A stretch of 64,000 bases of DNA from contig CAWHGL010000001.1 of assembly GCA_963828965.1 (NCBI GenBank), positions 20,256 to 84,255 on the forward strand, given 5' to 3'. The position numbers and the translations under genes were made by a program. The notes under the pieces are model-generated. The model saw nothing but the letters and a program-made list of their open reading frames with translations. It made no database searches and was not told where the DNA came from. This document shows, piece by piece, positions 26,190 to 38,367 of this stretch. How positions within the stretch are numbered: position 1 is the stretch's first letter; each line of letters opens with the position of its first letter. This DNA comes from an uncultured Chloroflexia bacterium. GTDB lineage: Bacteria; Chloroflexota; Limnocylindria; Limnocylindrales; CSP1-4.

Positions 26190-27206
26190 ATGTCACAACC
26201 CAACTACGCCTACGGGGGGCAGGCCCTCATGGAGGGCGTCCTCATGCGCGGTCGCGATGCGATCGCCGTGGCCCTCCGCCATCCCGACGGCCGGATCGTC
26301 ACCGCCACCGAGCGGCTCGACTCAGGGGTCCACGGCAATCGCGCGTCCAAATGGCCGTTCATCCGTGGCCTCGTCGTCCTGTACGAGACGCTCGTCATCG
26401 GGACGCGCTGGCTGATCCGCAGCGCCAACGTCCAGGCCCAGGAGGACGGCGTCGAGCTCGGCAAGGGCTCGGTCGCGTTGATGCTCCTGCTCACCCTGGT
26501 GGCCGGCATCGGCATCTTCTTCCTGCTCCCGCTGCTCATCGCGAGCGTCACCACGGCCAACGTCGACAACGGCTTCGTCCAGCACCTCGTCGAGGGCCTG
26601 GTCCGGGTCGCGATCTTCCTGGGCTACCTCGCCATCATCGGGCGGGCGCCGGACGTGCGTCGCGTGTTCCAGTACCACGGCGCCGAGCACATGACGATCC
26701 ACGCCTTGGAGGCCGGCGATCCGCTGACGGTCGACGAGGTCCGCAAGTACCCGACCGCGCACCAGCGCTGCGGCACCGAGTTCCTGGTGATCGTCATCAT
26801 CCTGTCGATCCTGGCCTTCTCGCTGGTCGGGCGCCAGCCGCCGCTGATCATGATCGCGAGTCGCATCCTGCTCATCCCGGTCCTCGCCGGGATCGGCTAC
26901 GAGCTGCTCAAGTTCGGGGCGCGCCACCGCTCCAACCCGATCGTCAAGGTCATCCTCTACCCGGGCATCCTGGTCCAGCTCATCACGACCAAGCAGCCCG
27001 AGGACGACATGATCGAGGTCGCCATCACCTCGATGCAGGAGGCGCTCGTCGCCGACGGGAACACCGTCCCGTCCGGCTCGACCGACTTCGAGCGCTCGCC
27101 CATGCACTTCGGCGACACGACCGACGATGACGCCGCAGAGGCGGTCCCGCCGGCCGGTGAGCCGCTCACGAGCCCCGACCCGGACGATCCACCCGCGATC
27201 GCATGA
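26190..27206 (+). CDS. DUF1385 membrane protein
   Basis: [37 protein letters not shown]; conserved rpmE-DUF1385-prfA context. Confidence 0.92.
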   Translation: MSQPNYAYGGQALMEGVLMRGRDAIAVALRHPDGRIVTATERLDSGVHGNRASKWPFIRGLVVLYETLVIGTRWLIRSANVQAQEDGVELGKGSVALMLLLTLVAGIGIFFLLPLLIASVTTANVDNGFVQHLVEGLVRVAIFLGYLAIIGRAPDVRRVFQYHGAEHMTIHALEAGDPLTVDEVRKYPTAHQRCGTEFLVIVIILSILAFSLVGRQPPLIMIASRILLIPVLAGIGYELLKFGARHRSNPIVKVILYPGILVQLITTKQPEDDMIEVAITSMQEALVADGNTVPSGSTDFERSPMHFGDTTDDDAAEAVPPAGEPLTSPDPDDPPAIA

Positions 27207-28312
27207 GCGACCTCGACGCCACGCTGGCGGAGATCGCCGGGCAGTACGACGAGGTCCAGGCACAGCTGTCGCGGCCGGAGGTCAGCGCCGATCCCTCCGA
27301 GATCCGCCGGCTCGGCAAGGAGCTGTCGCGGCTGCAGCCCACGGTCGAGGCCTACCGGCACCTGGAGGCGACCCGCACCGAGCTCGCCGGCGCCCGCGAG
27401 CTTCGCGATACGGCCGGTGCCGACGACGAGATGGCGGGCATGGCCCGCGACGAGATCACCCGCCTCGAGGCCGAGGAGACGGAGCTGATCGAGGGGCTCA
27501 AGGTGCTGCTCCTGCCGCGCGACCCGAATGACGACCGCGACGTCATCCTCGAGATCCGGGCCGGTGCCGGTGGCGAGGAAGCCGCGCTCTTCGCGGCCGA
27601 GCTCCTGCGCCTGTACCTGCGCTACGCCGCGCGCCATCGCTTCGCGACCGAGGTCATGAGCCTCAACGAGACCGGCATCGAAGGCATCAAGGAAGCGATC
27701 GTCCAGGTCCGCGGCGACGGAGCCTACAGCCGCCTCAAGTTCGAGGGCGGGGTGCATCGCGTCCAGCGCATCCCCGCGACCGAGTCGTCCGGCCGGATCC
27801 ACACCTCGACCGCGACCGTCGTGGTCATGCCCGAGGCCGACGAGGTCGAGATCGAGATCGACGAGGAGCGGGACCTCCGCATCGATGTCAAACGCTCCTC
27901 CGGTCCGGGCGGCCAGTCCGTCAACACCACGGACTCGGCGGTCCGCATCACCCACCTGCCGAGCGGGCTGGTCGTCGAGATCCAGGACGAGAAGAGCCAG
28001 CACAAGAACAAGGCGAAGGCGATGTCCGTGCTGCGCTCGCGCCTGCTCGATCTCGAGATCCAGAAGCAGCGGGCGGCCGATTCCGCTGCGCGCCGGTCGA
28101 TGGTCGGGAGCGGCGACCGCAGCGACAAGGTCCGGACCTACAACTTCCCCCAGGACCGGGTCACGGACCATCGGATCGGGAAGACGTTGCACAACCTGCC
28201 GGGCGTCATGGACGGCGACGTCGACGACCTCATCGACGCGCTGGTCATGGCCGACCAGGCCGAGCGCCTCGTCGCCGTGACCGGGGGCGACGAGGGGAAC
28301 GGCTCACGATGA
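27203..28312 (+). CDS. prfA: Peptide chain release factor 1
   Basis: PAT (PxT) motif, [18 protein letters not shown]. Confidence 0.98.
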   Translation: MSDLDATLAEIAGQYDEVQAQLSRPEVSADPSEIRRLGKELSRLQPTVEAYRHLEATRTELAGARELRDTAGADDEMAGMARDEITRLEAEETELIEGLKVLLLPRDPNDDRDVILEIRAGAGGEEAALFAAELLRLYLRYAARHRFATEVMSLNETGIEGIKEAIVQVRGDGAYSRLKFEGGVHRVQRIPATESSGRIHTSTATVVVMPEADEVEIEIDEERDLRIDVKRSSGPGGQSVNTTDSAVRITHLPSGLVVEIQDEKSQHKNKAKAMSVLRSRLLDLEIQKQRAADSAARRSMVGSGDRSDKVRTYNFPQDRVTDHRIGKTLHNLPGVMDGDVDDLIDALVMADQAERLVAVTGGDEGNGSR

Positions 28313-30699
28313 GCGAGACCAGCGCGCGCCGGCCGGCCGTCCCGCCGGCGCCCGAGGTGGCCGCCGCGACCGCGCCGATCGTCACCGCACCCGGATCGCC
28401 GGGCTCGGCCCCGCCGGCGGACGTCCCGACGCCGGCTGACCCACCGACCGCGGCCGAGGTCCGGTTCCTGCCGCCACGCGACCGCCCCATCACCCGGGCG
28501 ACGGACCTCGGGTCGGTCCAGGTCCTCAAGCACGGCAACCTGTACCTGCTGACCGATGCGTTCGGCGACATCCACCCCGACTCGCGCGGGATGGGCCTGT
28601 ACAAAGGCGACAGCCGCCTGTTGTCGTGCGCGGTCCTGCGCGTCGGCGGGGAGCGCCCGGTCCTGCTCCAGGGCTCGGTCGGCGGCAACTTCCGCGGTGG
28701 CGTCGTCATGACCAACCCGTCGGCCGACCGCAACCCGGATGCCAAGGTCCACCCCCTCGACGAGGTCAGCGGCCGGACGATCGGGATCACGCGCGACCGG
28801 CTGATCGGCTCGGACGGCCTGCAGGAGCGGATCCGCGTGGTCAATCACGCCGAGCGGCCCATCACGGCTCGGCTCGAGCTGGAGCTCGGCTCCGACGGGG
28901 CGGACATCTTCGAGGTGCGCGGCTACCCGCGGCACGGTCGCGGCCGGATGCTCCCGGTCGCGGTGACCGATCGGCGGGTGACGTTCCGCTACGACGGCCT
29001 CGACGACGTCCGCCAGTCCACCCACATCGCCTTCAGCGACCCGGCCGACATCGCGGTCTCGACCAGCGAGGAGCGCAGCGCCGAGATCAACCTGCGCTGG
29101 ACGATCGAGCTCGAACCCGGCGCCATCCGCGATCTCGGCTGGACGGTGTGGGGCACGATCCGCTCGGCGAGCGCCGCCGGCGACGATGCCGCCACCGGCC
29201 GCGCCGAGCTTGCGGCGCTCTTCCCGCCCGCACCGCGCATCGCGGCCGACGAAGGGGCAGGCGCCTACCACGCCTGGGAGCGCGGGACGGCGGCCGTCGC
29301 CAGCGACCACGAGCTGTTCAACCTCGTCGTGAAGCGCTCGGTGTCCGACCTGCGCCTGCTCATGAACGACGGGCCGGCGGCGGGCGAGCGCTACCTCGCG
29401 GCCGGCGTCCCGTGGTTCGCCACGCTCTTCGGGCGGGACGCGCTCATCACGGCGTTCCAGGCGTTGCCCTTCCGGCCGCAGCTGGCCGTCGAGACGCTGA
29501 CCGTGCTCGCCGCGCACCAGGCGGTCGAGAACGACCCGAGCCGCGACGCGGAGCCCGGCAAGATCCTGCACGAGCTGCGGACCGGGGAGATGGCCCGGGC
29601 CGGGGAGCTGCCGCACACGCCGTACTTCGGTTCGGTCGACTCGACGCCGCTCTGGCTGGTCCTCCTCGGCGCGACGTTCGACTGGACCGGCGACCGGGCC
29701 ATGCTGGACCGGCTCTGGCCGAACGCCCTGGCGGCCCTCGCCTGGATCGACGACTACGGGGACCGCGACGGCGACGGGTTCGTCGAGTACGAGCGCCGCA
29801 CCGATCGCGGGCTCGTCAACCAGGGCTGGAAGGATTCGAGCGACGCCATCCGTGACCGGACCGGTCGGGAGGCGGTCGCACCGATCGCGCTGGCCGAGGT
29901 CCAGGGCTACGTCTTCGATGCCAAGCGCCGGATGGCGGCCCTCGCCCGCATCCGCGGCGACGACGCCCTCGGCGCCCGGCTCGACGCCGACGCGCAGGTG
30001 CTGCGCGAGCGGTTCGAGGCCGCGTTCTGGGTCGAGGACCTGCGCTACTACGCGATGGCGCTCGACGCGGACAAGCGCCAGGCCGACGCCGTCGCCTCCA
30101 ACGCCGGGCACTGCCTGTGGTCGGGCATCGTGGCCCCCGAGCGGGCCAGCGACGTGGCCGATCGGCTCTTCCAGCCGGCGCTCTTCTCGGGCTGGGGGAT
30201 CCGCACCTATGCGGCCGACCAGCCCGGTTACAACCCGATCGGCTATCACACCGGCACCGTCTGGCCGCACGACACGTCGCTCATCGCTGCGGGCCTGAAG
30301 CGCTACGGGTTCGACGAGGCCTCCAACCGGCTCGTCGGCAATGTCTTCGAGGCCGCCCAACGGTTCGCCGACTTCCGCCTCCCGGAGCTGTTCTGCGGCT
30401 TCGATCGTGCCGAGGCGACGACGCCGGTGCCATACCCGGTGGCCTGCTCGCCGCAGGCGTGGGCCGCCGGAGCGCCGTTCCTGTTCCTCTCGACGATGCT
30501 CGGCCTGCGCGCGCACGCCGACCGCGGCGAGCTCGAGCTCCACCACCCGCACCTGCCCGACTGGCTGGGCAAGGTGACCCTCACCGACCTGCGCGTCGGC
30601 GAGGCATCGGTCGACCTGCTGTTCCACCGCTGGCGGGGCACCACGAGTGCCGAGGTCCTGCGCAAGGTCGGCGACGTCGCCGTCACCGTCCGGCTGTGA
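28309..30699 (+). CDS. Amylo-alpha-1,6-glucosidase / glycogen debranching family protein
   Basis: [65 protein letters not shown]. Confidence 0.93.
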   Translation: MSETSARRPAVPPAPEVAAATAPIVTAPGSPGSAPPADVPTPADPPTAAEVRFLPPRDRPITRATDLGSVQVLKHGNLYLLTDAFGDIHPDSRGMGLYKGDSRLLSCAVLRVGGERPVLLQGSVGGNFRGGVVMTNPSADRNPDAKVHPLDEVSGRTIGITRDRLIGSDGLQERIRVVNHAERPITARLELELGSDGADIFEVRGYPRHGRGRMLPVAVTDRRVTFRYDGLDDVRQSTHIAFSDPADIAVSTSEERSAEINLRWTIELEPGAIRDLGWTVWGTIRSASAAGDDAATGRAELAALFPPAPRIAADEGAGAYHAWERGTAAVASDHELFNLVVKRSVSDLRLLMNDGPAAGERYLAAGVPWFATLFGRDALITAFQALPFRPQLAVETLTVLAAHQAVENDPSRDAEPGKILHELRTGEMARAGELPHTPYFGSVDSTPLWLVLLGATFDWTGDRAMLDRLWPNALAALAWIDDYGDRDGDGFVEYERRTDRGLVNQGWKDSSDAIRDRTGREAVAPIALAEVQGYVFDAKRRMAALARIRGDDALGARLDADAQVLRERFEAAFWVEDLRYYAMALDADKRQADAVASNAGHCLWSGIVAPERASDVADRLFQPALFSGWGIRTYAADQPGYNPIGYHTGTVWPHDTSLIAAGLKRYGFDEASNRLVGNVFEAAQRFADFRLPELFCGFDRAEATTPVPYPVACSPQAWAAGAPFLFLSTMLGLRAHADRGELELHHPHLPDWLGKVTLTDLRVGEASVDLLFHRWRGTTSAEVLRKVGDVAVTVRL

Positions 30700-30752
30700 G
30701 CCGCGGCCGCGTGCGACCCCGGGCCGCGATCCCGACTGCCACCGCCTGACCG

Positions 30753-31673
30753 ATGGCCACCACACGCGAGCTCCTCGCCACCGGGATGGAGCGCCTGCGA
30801 ACCGCCGGGTCGGACGCCGGTATCGAGACGCCGCGCCTCGATGCGGAGGTGCTGCTCGCCCACGCCATCGGGGTCGATCGCAGCGCGGTCGTCGCCCATC
30901 CCGAGGCCCCGGTCGGGCCGGGAGCCGCGTCGTCGTACCTGGCCTGGATCGACCGGCGGGCGACCGGCGAGCCGGTGGCCTACCTGCGTGGCTTCAAGGA
31001 GTTCCACGGCATCGCGCTCGCGGTCGACCCACGCGCCCTCATCCCGCGACCCGAGACGGAGCGGCTCGTCGACATCTCGCTCGACGAGGTCATGCGCCGG
31101 CTCACCGGCGGCAGCCGGCCGGCCATCGGGCCGGCCGTCCAGGTCATCGATGTCGGGACTGGCAGCGGCGCCATCGCGGTCGCGCTGGCGGTCGGGTTGC
31201 GCGCGCGGCGCGTGCCCCCCGACGAGGTCGCGATCCTCGCCGTCGACGTGTCGCCCGACGCGCTCGACCTGGCCCGCGAGAACGCCGTCGGCCACGGCGT
31301 CGGTGACCGCGTCCGGTTCTCGGGTGCGGACCTCTTCCCGCCGGACGTCGCCGACGGGCCATGGGACGTCGTCGCTGCCAACCTGCCGTACGTCCGCAGC
31401 GATGCCCTGGCGAGCCTGCCGGCGCCGACGACGTTCGAGCCCGCGCTCGCGCTCGACGGCGGCCCGGACGGGCTGGTCGTGATCGACCGGCTACTGGACC
31501 GGCTGCCCACGGCGCTCGCCCACGGAGGCATCGCCCTGCTCGAGATCGGTTCGGACCAGGGGACCTCCATCGGCGAGCACGTCGCCAACGCTCTGCCCGG
31601 CTGGCCGTGCGCCGTCGAGCCGGACCTGGCCGGCCACCCACGCGTGGCGCGGATCGAGCGAGGGGCGGCGTGA
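30753..31673 (+). CDS. prmC: Release factor glutamine methyltransferase (HemK)
   Basis: [39 protein letters not shown]. Confidence 0.95.
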   Translation: MATTRELLATGMERLRTAGSDAGIETPRLDAEVLLAHAIGVDRSAVVAHPEAPVGPGAASSYLAWIDRRATGEPVAYLRGFKEFHGIALAVDPRALIPRPETERLVDISLDEVMRRLTGGSRPAIGPAVQVIDVGTGSGAIAVALAVGLRARRVPPDEVAILAVDVSPDALDLARENAVGHGVGDRVRFSGADLFPPDVADGPWDVVAANLPYVRSDALASLPAPTTFEPALALDGGPDGLVVIDRLLDRLPTALAHGGIALLEIGSDQGTSIGEHVANALPGWPCAVEPDLAGHPRVARIERGAA

Positions 31674-32623
31674 TCACCGCCCCGGTCCTGCCGATCCGGC
31701 TCATCGCCCTCGACATCGACGGCACGATCATCGGGGACGACGGGATCGTCGGCCCGCGCACCCGCGCGGCGATCGCCACCGCCCTCGAGCGCGACATCGC
31801 CGTTTCGCTCGTGACGGGGCGGATGGTGAGCTCGGCGATGCGTTTCGCCCGCGAGCTGCGCCTGACGGAACCGGTCGTCGGCTATCAGGGCGGGCTCATC
31901 CGGGCCATCCCGCCGGTCGACTCCCCGCGCCTGGGCCAGCTGCTGCAGCACCACGCCCTGGCCCCCGATGTCGCCCGACGGATCATCGGCTGGACCCGCG
32001 GGCACGGCCTCGACCCGCACCTCAACCACCTCGAGCGGTTCATCCTGCGCGCCGACGACCCCAACGCCGACGACTATTCGGCGTTCATGGGCGCCCATGC
32101 CGAGCTCGTGCCGGACCTCGAGGCAGCGGTCCGACACCCGATCACCAAGGTCCTCGCGGTCGGCGAGCCGCCGATGCCGGTCGAGCTCGCCGCCGTCGCG
32201 CGGGCCGCCTTCGCCGGCGAGGCGGAGGTCACGATCTCGCATCCCAAGTTCCTCGAGTTCGTCGCCCCGGGCGTCTCGAAGGGACGAGCCGTGCGCTACC
32301 TGGCCCGTCGGCGACGCGTGCCGCTCGGCGCCGTGCTGGCCATCGGCGACCAGTGGAACGACCTCGAGATGCTGGCCGTCGCCGGCCACGGCACAGCGAT
32401 GCCGACGGCCCCGGTCGAGGTCCGGGCGGTCGCCCGCTACATCGCTCCGCCGCTCGAGGACGAGGGGGCCGGCCGGATGATCGAGGCGCTCGCGCTGGCG
32501 AGCCCGAGCGAGGCGCTCGCGTCGTCCCGACGGCTCGCCGCCGAGGCGACCGAGCGGCGGGACGCGGAGGCCACCGAACGGCAGGCCGCGGAGGCCACCG
32601 AGCGGCGGGCCGCGACGGCATGA
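31670..32623 (+). CDS. Cof-type HAD phosphatase
   Basis: [27 protein letters not shown]. Confidence 0.93.
   Translation: MITAPVLPIRLIALDIDGTIIGDDGIVGPRTRAAIATALERDIAVSLVTGRMVSSAMRFARELRLTEPVVGYQGGLIRAIPPVDSPRLGQLLQHHALAPDVARRIIGWTRGHGLDPHLNHLERFILRADDPNADDYSAFMGAHAELVPDLEAAVRHPITKVLAVGEPPMPVELAAVARAAFAGEAEVTISHPKFLEFVAPGVSKGRAVRYLARRRRVPLGAVLAIGDQWNDLEMLAVAGHGTAMPTAPVEVRAVARYIAPPLEDEGAGRMIEALALASPSEALASSRRLAAEATERRDAEATERQAAEATERRAATA
32537..32608 (+). repeat. Three imperfect 24-bp tandem repeats encoding xAEATERx in the HAD C-terminal tail
   Basis: [24 protein letters not shown]. Confidence 0.75.
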
Positions 32624-33275
32624 CGGCCCGTGTCGTCGTCGACGACCAGTCCGGGCGGACGGCCGCCATCGAGGTCCTGCGCGGCGGCGGCATCGTGGCC
32701 CTGCCGACCGACACGGTGTACGGCATCGGGGTCGCCCTCGAGACGCCCGGCGGGATCGAGCGCCTGTTCGCGGCCAAGCGGCGGCCGCCCGACAAGGGGA
32801 TCATGCTGCTGCTCGACGTGGCCGCCCAGGCGGCCGACATCGGGGTGATGACCCCGGCCGCCGCGGCCCTCGCGGACGCCTGCTGGCCGGGCGGCCTCAC
32901 GGTCGTCGTGCCCCAGAGGCCCGACGTGTCCCTGCCGGCACGCGCTCACCGGCGGCGCCCCGACGATCGGGCTGCGGGTGCCCGGACCACGACGCGCCCC
33001 GTTCGCTGGCCCGCGGCGTCGGGCCGTTGCCGGTCACCTCGGCCAACGTATCCGGCGTCCCCGAGGCGGTCGATGCGGCCGGTATCCTCGAGCAGCTCGG
33101 CGACGCCGTGGACCTCGTCCTCGATGGCGGCCGCGCCCACGGCGGGCCGCCGTCGACGGTCGTCGACTGCACCGGTGAGCGACCGGCCATCCTTCGGGTC
33201 GGGGCCATCCCTGTCGCCCGGATCGTGGCGATCCTCGACGCAGCCGGCGTCGATCACGACCTCGGCGGCGGCTGA
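32620..33275 (+). CDS. tsaC: L-threonylcarbamoyladenylate synthase TsaC/Sua5 (indels near 32940-32990)
   Basis: [44 protein letters not shown]. Confidence 0.92.
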
Positions 33276-33282
33276 AGCCGGA

Positions 33283-34404
33283 TCAGCCGTTGCGGCCCCG
33301 CGCATCGACGGCCCAGCGGTCGACCAGCCGGCCGCCGCGGACGACGACGAGCTCGTCGACGAGGTTCACGACCGGACAGATGTGGTTCGGAAGCACGACC
33401 ACGACCTGACCGACGCTCGGCAGGGGACCGCGCGGCACGTCGACCACCCCGTGGTAGTCGTAGACCCGCGCGATCGCCGCCCTGCCGAGGGCCGGGATCT
33501 CCCCGAAGCCGTCGACGTACGGAGCCACGTCCTTGCCCAGGATCTTGGCTCCGGCATCGACGACATAGCGCCCGCCAGCCGCGTCGACGCTGACCACGGT
33601 CGCGGCGACGCCCGCGGCGATGGCATCCGGGCCGACCGCGCCGAGCGCCGCCTGCTGGCGATCGCCCAGGACATAGGTACCGGGGCGCTCCTCGGTGACG
33701 ACGCCCCGGGCCGAGTCGACCGCGGTCGGGGTGGACCCGGCGCTGACCACGCGCGGTTCGATGCCGGCGGCCGCGAGACCGGCCGCGGCGTCGCCCAGTG
33801 CGCGAACCTCGTCGTCGGCGGCCGAGCTACGGGCCGCGCTACCGGCGTAGCCGTGCCCACCGTGGGTGAAGACGCCGATGACCGTCAATCCGAGCGCGGC
33901 GGCCTCGGCGGCGAGCGGACCCGCGACGGCCGGTGCCACCCCGGTCCGTCGGCCGCCCGAGTCGACCTCCACGAGCAGCTCGACCCGCCCACGATCCGGG
34001 CCCAGCGCCGTGGCGATGGCGCGCGCCCCGTCGACGGAGTCCATGCCGAGCCGGAGACGAGCGCGGCCGGCCAGGGCAGCCAGGCGCTCGGCCTTGGGTC
34101 CCGAGGCGACCACCGGGTACGCGATGAACAGGTCGTCGAGGCCGCCCGAGGCGAACACCTCGGCTTCCCCGAGCGTCCCGACCGTCAGCCCGCCCGCGCC
34201 GGCGGCGACCTGCCGGCGTCCGATCTCGAGGCTCTTGTGGGTCTTGGCGTGCGGCCGCAGGGCGACGCCGCGATCGGCCATGACCGACGCCATCCGGTCG
34301 ATCGCCGCTTCGAGCCGGTCGAGGTCGACCACGACCGCCGGCGTCTCGATCGCTGCGGCGGTCGCGGCGTCGAGGTGGAACGCGCTGGGGGCGGTCTCGG
34401 GCAT
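33283..34404 (-). CDS. PLP-dependent D-threonine aldolase / D-serine dehydratase (DSD1) family enzyme
   Basis: [58 protein letters not shown]. Confidence 0.9.
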   Translation of the reverse strand: MPETAPSAFHLDAATAAAIETPAVVVDLDRLEAAIDRMASVMADRGVALRPHAKTHKSLEIGRRQVAAGAGGLTVGTLGEAEVFASGGLDDLFIAYPVVASGPKAERLAALAGRARLRLGMDSVDGARAIATALGPDRGRVELLVEVDSGGRRTGVAPAVAGPLAAEAAALGLTVIGVFTHGGHGYAGSAARSSAADDEVRALGDAAAGLAAAGIEPRVVSAGSTPTAVDSARGVVTEERPGTYVLGDRQQAALGAVGPDAIAAGVAATVVSVDAAGGRYVVDAGAKILGKDVAPYVDGFGEIPALGRAAIARVYDYHGVVDVPRGPLPSVGQVVVVLPNHICPVVNLVDELVVVRGGRLVDRWAVDARGRNG

Positions 34405-34575
34405 GGCGGTCGACCTCGGGCTCGGCGCGGGTGGTGTTCGTGGGAAGATACCCGGCGAGCGCGCCGGGCCTGCGTCGGGCCGTCGGGGAGGGTGCGTGCC
34501 GGCTCGGAGCGCGTTGCAGCGGGCGCATCATGCGCCCCCTCCACGAGGCTGCGGCCAGGAAGGAGTGCGCCGACC

Positions 34576-35904
34576 ATGACCATCTCCGGGTCGCGCGATC
34601 TCGCGACCGAGTCGATCGCGGAGGTCGATCCCGTCCTGTGGGACGCCATGGTCGCCGAGCGCCGCCGCCAGCACGACAAGGTCGAGCTCATCGCGAGCGA
34701 GAACTATGTCTCGGGCGCCGTCCTCGAGGCGCAGGGCTCGTGGCTGACCAACAAGTACGCCGAGGGCCTGCCCGGCAAGCGCTACTACGGCGGCTGCGAG
34801 TACGTCGACGTCGCCGAACGACTCGCCCAGGAGCGTGCCCTGGCCCTCTTCCCCGGTGCCGAGCACGTCAACGTCCAGCCGCACAGCGGCGCCCAGGCGA
34901 ACATGGCCGCCTACTTCAGCGTGCTCCAGCCCGGCGACCGGATCCTGGGCATGAACCTGGCCCATGGCGGTCACCTGACCCACGGCATGGCCCTCAACTT
35001 CAGCGGCAAGCTGTACGAGGTCCACGCCTACGGCGTCCGCCAGGACACCGAGCGCATCGACTACGACGCGATGGAGGCGCAGGCCCACGAGATCCGCCCG
35101 AAGCTGATCGTCGGTGGCGCGAGCGCGTACCCGAGGCTGTGGGACTTCGAGCGGATGGCGAGCATCGCCCACGCGGTCGGGGCGATCCTGTTCGTCGACA
35201 TGGCCCATGTCGCGGGGCTCGTCGCGGCCGGCGTCCATCCCAGCCCGTTCCCGCACGCCGACATCGTCACGACCACGACCCACAAGACGCTGCGGGGCGC
35301 CCGCGGCGGGCTCATCTTCTCGCGCAACGAGCTGCCGCCGGAGCTGGACGCCGCCGACTTCCCCGGGCTCAAGGGCTCGCTCGCGGCGGCCATCGACAAG
35401 AGCGTCTTCCCGGGCGTCCAGGGCGGGCCTCTGATGCACGTCATCGCCGGCAAGGCGGTCGCCTTCCAGCTCGCCCTCCAGGACGACTTCCGGGTCTACC
35501 AGCGCCAGGTGCTGGCCAATGCCCAGGTGCTGGCCGCGACCGTGGCCGAGCTCGGCGCGCGGGTCGTGTCCGGCGGCACGGACAACCACCTCATCCTCGT
35601 CGACGTGACCCCGCTCGGGGTGACCGGCAAGGAAGCCGAGCACCTCCTCGACGAGATCGGGATCACCGTCAACAAGAACGGCATCCCGTTCGACCAGCAT
35701 CCGCCGAACACCGCGTCGGGTATCCGGCTGGGCACGCCCGCGACGACCTCACGCGGCTTCGGCGAGGACGAGATGCGAGCCATCGGCCGGCTCATCGTCG
35801 AGGCGATCACGGAGCGCGGCGACGAGGCCGCCCAGCGCCGGCTGGCCGCGGAGGTGAGCGCCATCACGGATCGGTTCCCCGTCCCGGGCCTGCGCGCGGC
35901 GTGA
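34576..35904 (+). CDS. glyA: Serine hydroxymethyltransferase
   Basis: [41 protein letters not shown]; AAGGAG SD. Confidence 0.98.
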   Translation: MTISGSRDLATESIAEVDPVLWDAMVAERRRQHDKVELIASENYVSGAVLEAQGSWLTNKYAEGLPGKRYYGGCEYVDVAERLAQERALALFPGAEHVNVQPHSGAQANMAAYFSVLQPGDRILGMNLAHGGHLTHGMALNFSGKLYEVHAYGVRQDTERIDYDAMEAQAHEIRPKLIVGGASAYPRLWDFERMASIAHAVGAILFVDMAHVAGLVAAGVHPSPFPHADIVTTTTHKTLRGARGGLIFSRNELPPELDAADFPGLKGSLAAAIDKSVFPGVQGGPLMHVIAGKAVAFQLALQDDFRVYQRQVLANAQVLAATVAELGARVVSGGTDNHLILVDVTPLGVTGKEAEHLLDEIGITVNKNGIPFDQHPPNTASGIRLGTPATTSRGFGEDEMRAIGRLIVEAITERGDEAAQRRLAAEVSAITDRFPVPGLRAA

Positions 35905-35917
35905 TCGTCCTCCGTCC

Positions 35918-37027
35918 GTGACGTTCATCGAGGGGGTCGGATCGAGCGTCGGCCCGATCGTCGTCGCCTTCCTGGCGGCGGCCCTGCTCGCGCTGGTCAT
36001 CACGCCGCTGGTCACGCGGGTCGTCACCCGCTTCGACATCGTCGACCGCCCGGAGGCTCGGCGGGTCAACACGACCCCGATCCCGCGTGCCGGCGGACTG
36101 GCGACGGCGGCCGCCTTCCTGCTGGTCGGCGTGGTGTTCGTCACGTTCAACGACCGCTACCAGTGGGTGCCCGAACCGCTGACCATGGAGTCGAGCGACC
36201 TCGTCGCGCTGTTCCTCGGCGGCGCGGTCGCGGCCGGTCTCGGGGCCATCGACGATCTGTTCGACCTGCGCGCCCGCTGGCAGCTGGTCGGCCAGCTCGC
36301 GCTCGCGGCGCTGGCCGTCGCCCTCGGCATCGGGGTGGAGATCATCGCCAACCCGTTCGGTTCCGGGGTCATCCGGTTCAACGAGCTCTTCTCGGTCGGC
36401 TTCACGGTCTTCTGGATCGTGGGCATGATCAACAGCATCAACTGGATCGACGGCCTCGACGGCCTGTCGTCGGGTATCGCCCTGATCGCCGCGGTCACGC
36501 TGGGCCTGATCAGCCTGACGACCCAGGTCGGGCAGCCGATGATCGCGGTCCTGTGCTTCGCCCTGGCGGGCGCGCTGGCCGGGTTCCTGCGCTGGAACTT
36601 CCACCCGGCCACGATCTTCGCGGGGACCAGCGGGGTCCAGTTCGTCGGGTACACGCTGGCGTTGCTGTCGATCCTCGGCTCGGCCAAGGTGGCGGTCGCC
36701 CTGCTCGTCCTGGGCGTGCCGATCATCGACACGTTCTGGATCATCGTCCGCCGGCTGACCCAGGGCCGCTCACCGTTCACCCCCGACCGTTCGCACATCC
36801 ACCACCGGCTGCTGGACCTCGGGCTGTCCCACCGCGACACGGTCCTGGTCATCTACGGGATCTGCGCCCTCCTCGGGTTCATCGCCCTCGTCCTGTCCGA
36901 GGTGACCCAGCTCTATGCCTTCCTCGGCATCTTCGTGGTGAGCGGGCTCGTCCTGTTCGGACCGACCCGCGGCGCCTTCCGGCGCCCCGAGGAGCTCGAG
37001 GCCGAGGCCTACGAAGCGGACGAGTGA
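35918..37027 (+). CDS. MraY-family polyprenyl-phosphate sugar-1-P transferase (WecA/TagO-like)
   Basis: PIPRAGG, GAIDD, NSINWIDGLDGL, WNFHPATIF, DRSHIHHRL. Confidence 0.92.
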   Translation: MTFIEGVGSSVGPIVVAFLAAALLALVITPLVTRVVTRFDIVDRPEARRVNTTPIPRAGGLATAAAFLLVGVVFVTFNDRYQWVPEPLTMESSDLVALFLGGAVAAGLGAIDDLFDLRARWQLVGQLALAALAVALGIGVEIIANPFGSGVIRFNELFSVGFTVFWIVGMINSINWIDGLDGLSSGIALIAAVTLGLISLTTQVGQPMIAVLCFALAGALAGFLRWNFHPATIFAGTSGVQFVGYTLALLSILGSAKVAVALLVLGVPIIDTFWIIVRRLTQGRSPFTPDRSHIHHRLLDLGLSHRDTVLVIYGICALLGFIALVLSEVTQLYAFLGIFVVSGLVLFGPTRGAFRRPEELEAEAYEADE

Positions 37028-37066
37028 CCGAGGCGTCACAAGCGGTCCGGGTGGGTCCGGTAGGGG

Positions 37067-37109
37067 TACGACCGGGTCGTATGGCGGCCCGGACCATCGC
37101 TGCTAGCAT
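37067..37109 (+). promoter_or_regulatory. Inverted repeat TACGACC-G-GGTCGTA plus TAGCAT -10 element upstream of the surface cassette
   Basis: Palindrome at 37067-37081 centred about 30 nt upstream of TAGCAT (37104-37109). Confidence 0.45.
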
Positions 37110-37172
37110 CCGGCCCGTCCTCGCGGCCGATCGGCCGCGGTCGTTCGGAGTCCCAGTCCCATCGACCTCGGA

Positions 37173-38367
37173 ATGAGCCCCGTCGCGATCCTCGTCATCG
37201 GCCTCGGCTCGGCGCTGCTCGTCATCGGCTTCGTGCTGGGGGCGCCCGCGCTGGGTCGTGCCCGGCGACGGCGCGCGGCCGCCCGTCGTGCGGCCGCTGC
37301 GCGAGCGACACCGCTCGAGGCGATCACCGCCGACGAACTCGCGTACCGCATCGGCGTCGAGGGCGCTCCAGTGCCCGAGCTCCCGCGACGGATCGTCGTC
37401 GTGGGCGACGCTCCAGCCGACGACATCCCGGTGACCGACCTCGGGGACGCCGACATCGTGGCCGCCTCCTCGGCCGCCACCGCCGCTGCGGTCGCCTCCT
37501 CGCACGACAGCGAACCGCTCCTCGGCGCCCCTCCAGCACCCGCGGCAGCCGCGCCGGCACCGGTGGCGGCCATGACCGGCTCGCCGGCGCCGGTACTCGC
37601 CGCCCCGCTGGTCCCGCCGCCCGCTCCGGTCCCGTTGCCGACGACCGTGCCGTTCTCCACGGGCCGATCGCGCCGCCGTCCGGCCCTCGTGGCCGCCCTG
37701 GGTGGGGCGGCGGTGTTCGCCATCGCTGCCGTCGCCTTCGGCGCCTCGATGTTCGGAGCGACCGGCGGCTCGGGCGCCCCCGATCCGCGCGCCATCGCTG
37801 TGGTCGTCGCCACGGCCACGCCAGCGCCGACCGCGACCCCGACGCCGTCGCCCACGCCCAGCCCGACGCCGCGCCCCACGCCGTCACCGATCCCGACCCC
37901 GACGCCCACACCGATCCCGACTCCGACGCCGACCGCGAGCCCGACGCCGACGCCCACCGCCACGCCGAAGCCGTCGACGAAGGCCGTCGCGAAGCCGACC
38001 CCCAAGCCCACGCCGAAGCCCACGCGCCGCCCGACCCCGAAACCGACCGCCAAGCCGACGCCACGGCCGACGCCGAGGCCCACGCCCAAGCCCACACCGA
38101 AGCCGACCCCCAAGCCCACGCCCAAGCCGCCGGCGCTGGTCGCCTTCCCTTCGTGCCACGTCAGCGGCTTCACGGTCAGCTGTTCCGGCGATGCCTCGCG
38201 CAGCGGCGCCACCTACAGCTGGAAGTTCGAGGCCGGCCCGACCAAGGGCGGGCGGAACGTCTCGTACACGTACGGCGAGCCCGGCGAGCTACACGGTCAC
38301 CCTCACGGTGACGCAGGGTGGCGACTCGGCGAGTGACTCGACGACCGCGTCCGTGACCGGATCATGA
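37173..38367 (+). CDS. Two-TM membrane protein with Pro/Thr stalk and C-terminal PKD-like domain (indel near 38285)
   Basis: TM1 about aa 4-26, TM2 [25 protein letters not shown] repeats, then YSWKF...SYTY...YTVTLTVT. Confidence 0.78.
37815..38130 (+). repeat. Pro-Thr / PKPT low-complexity tandem repeats (about 100 aa linker)
   Basis: TPTPSPTP...[13 protein letters not shown] in the 37173 protein. Confidence 0.85.

Noticed and set aside
28138-30765. Long antisense or alternate-frame ORFs (875 aa here; also 48082..50199, 55409..57445 and others)
   Set aside because: Shadow ORFs expected at this GC content, overlapping well-supported genes.
34405-34575. ZTP (pfl) or glycine riboswitch upstream of glyA
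   Set aside because: The conserved cores (GACUGGCG...CGCCUGGGC, or GGAGA...CCGAAG...CUCAGG) were not found.
32353-35904. 1183-aa ORF appearing to fuse TsaC to GlyA
   Set aside because: Artifact of a tsaC indel reading through the antisense of the aldolase gene; glyA has its own SD and ATG at 34576.
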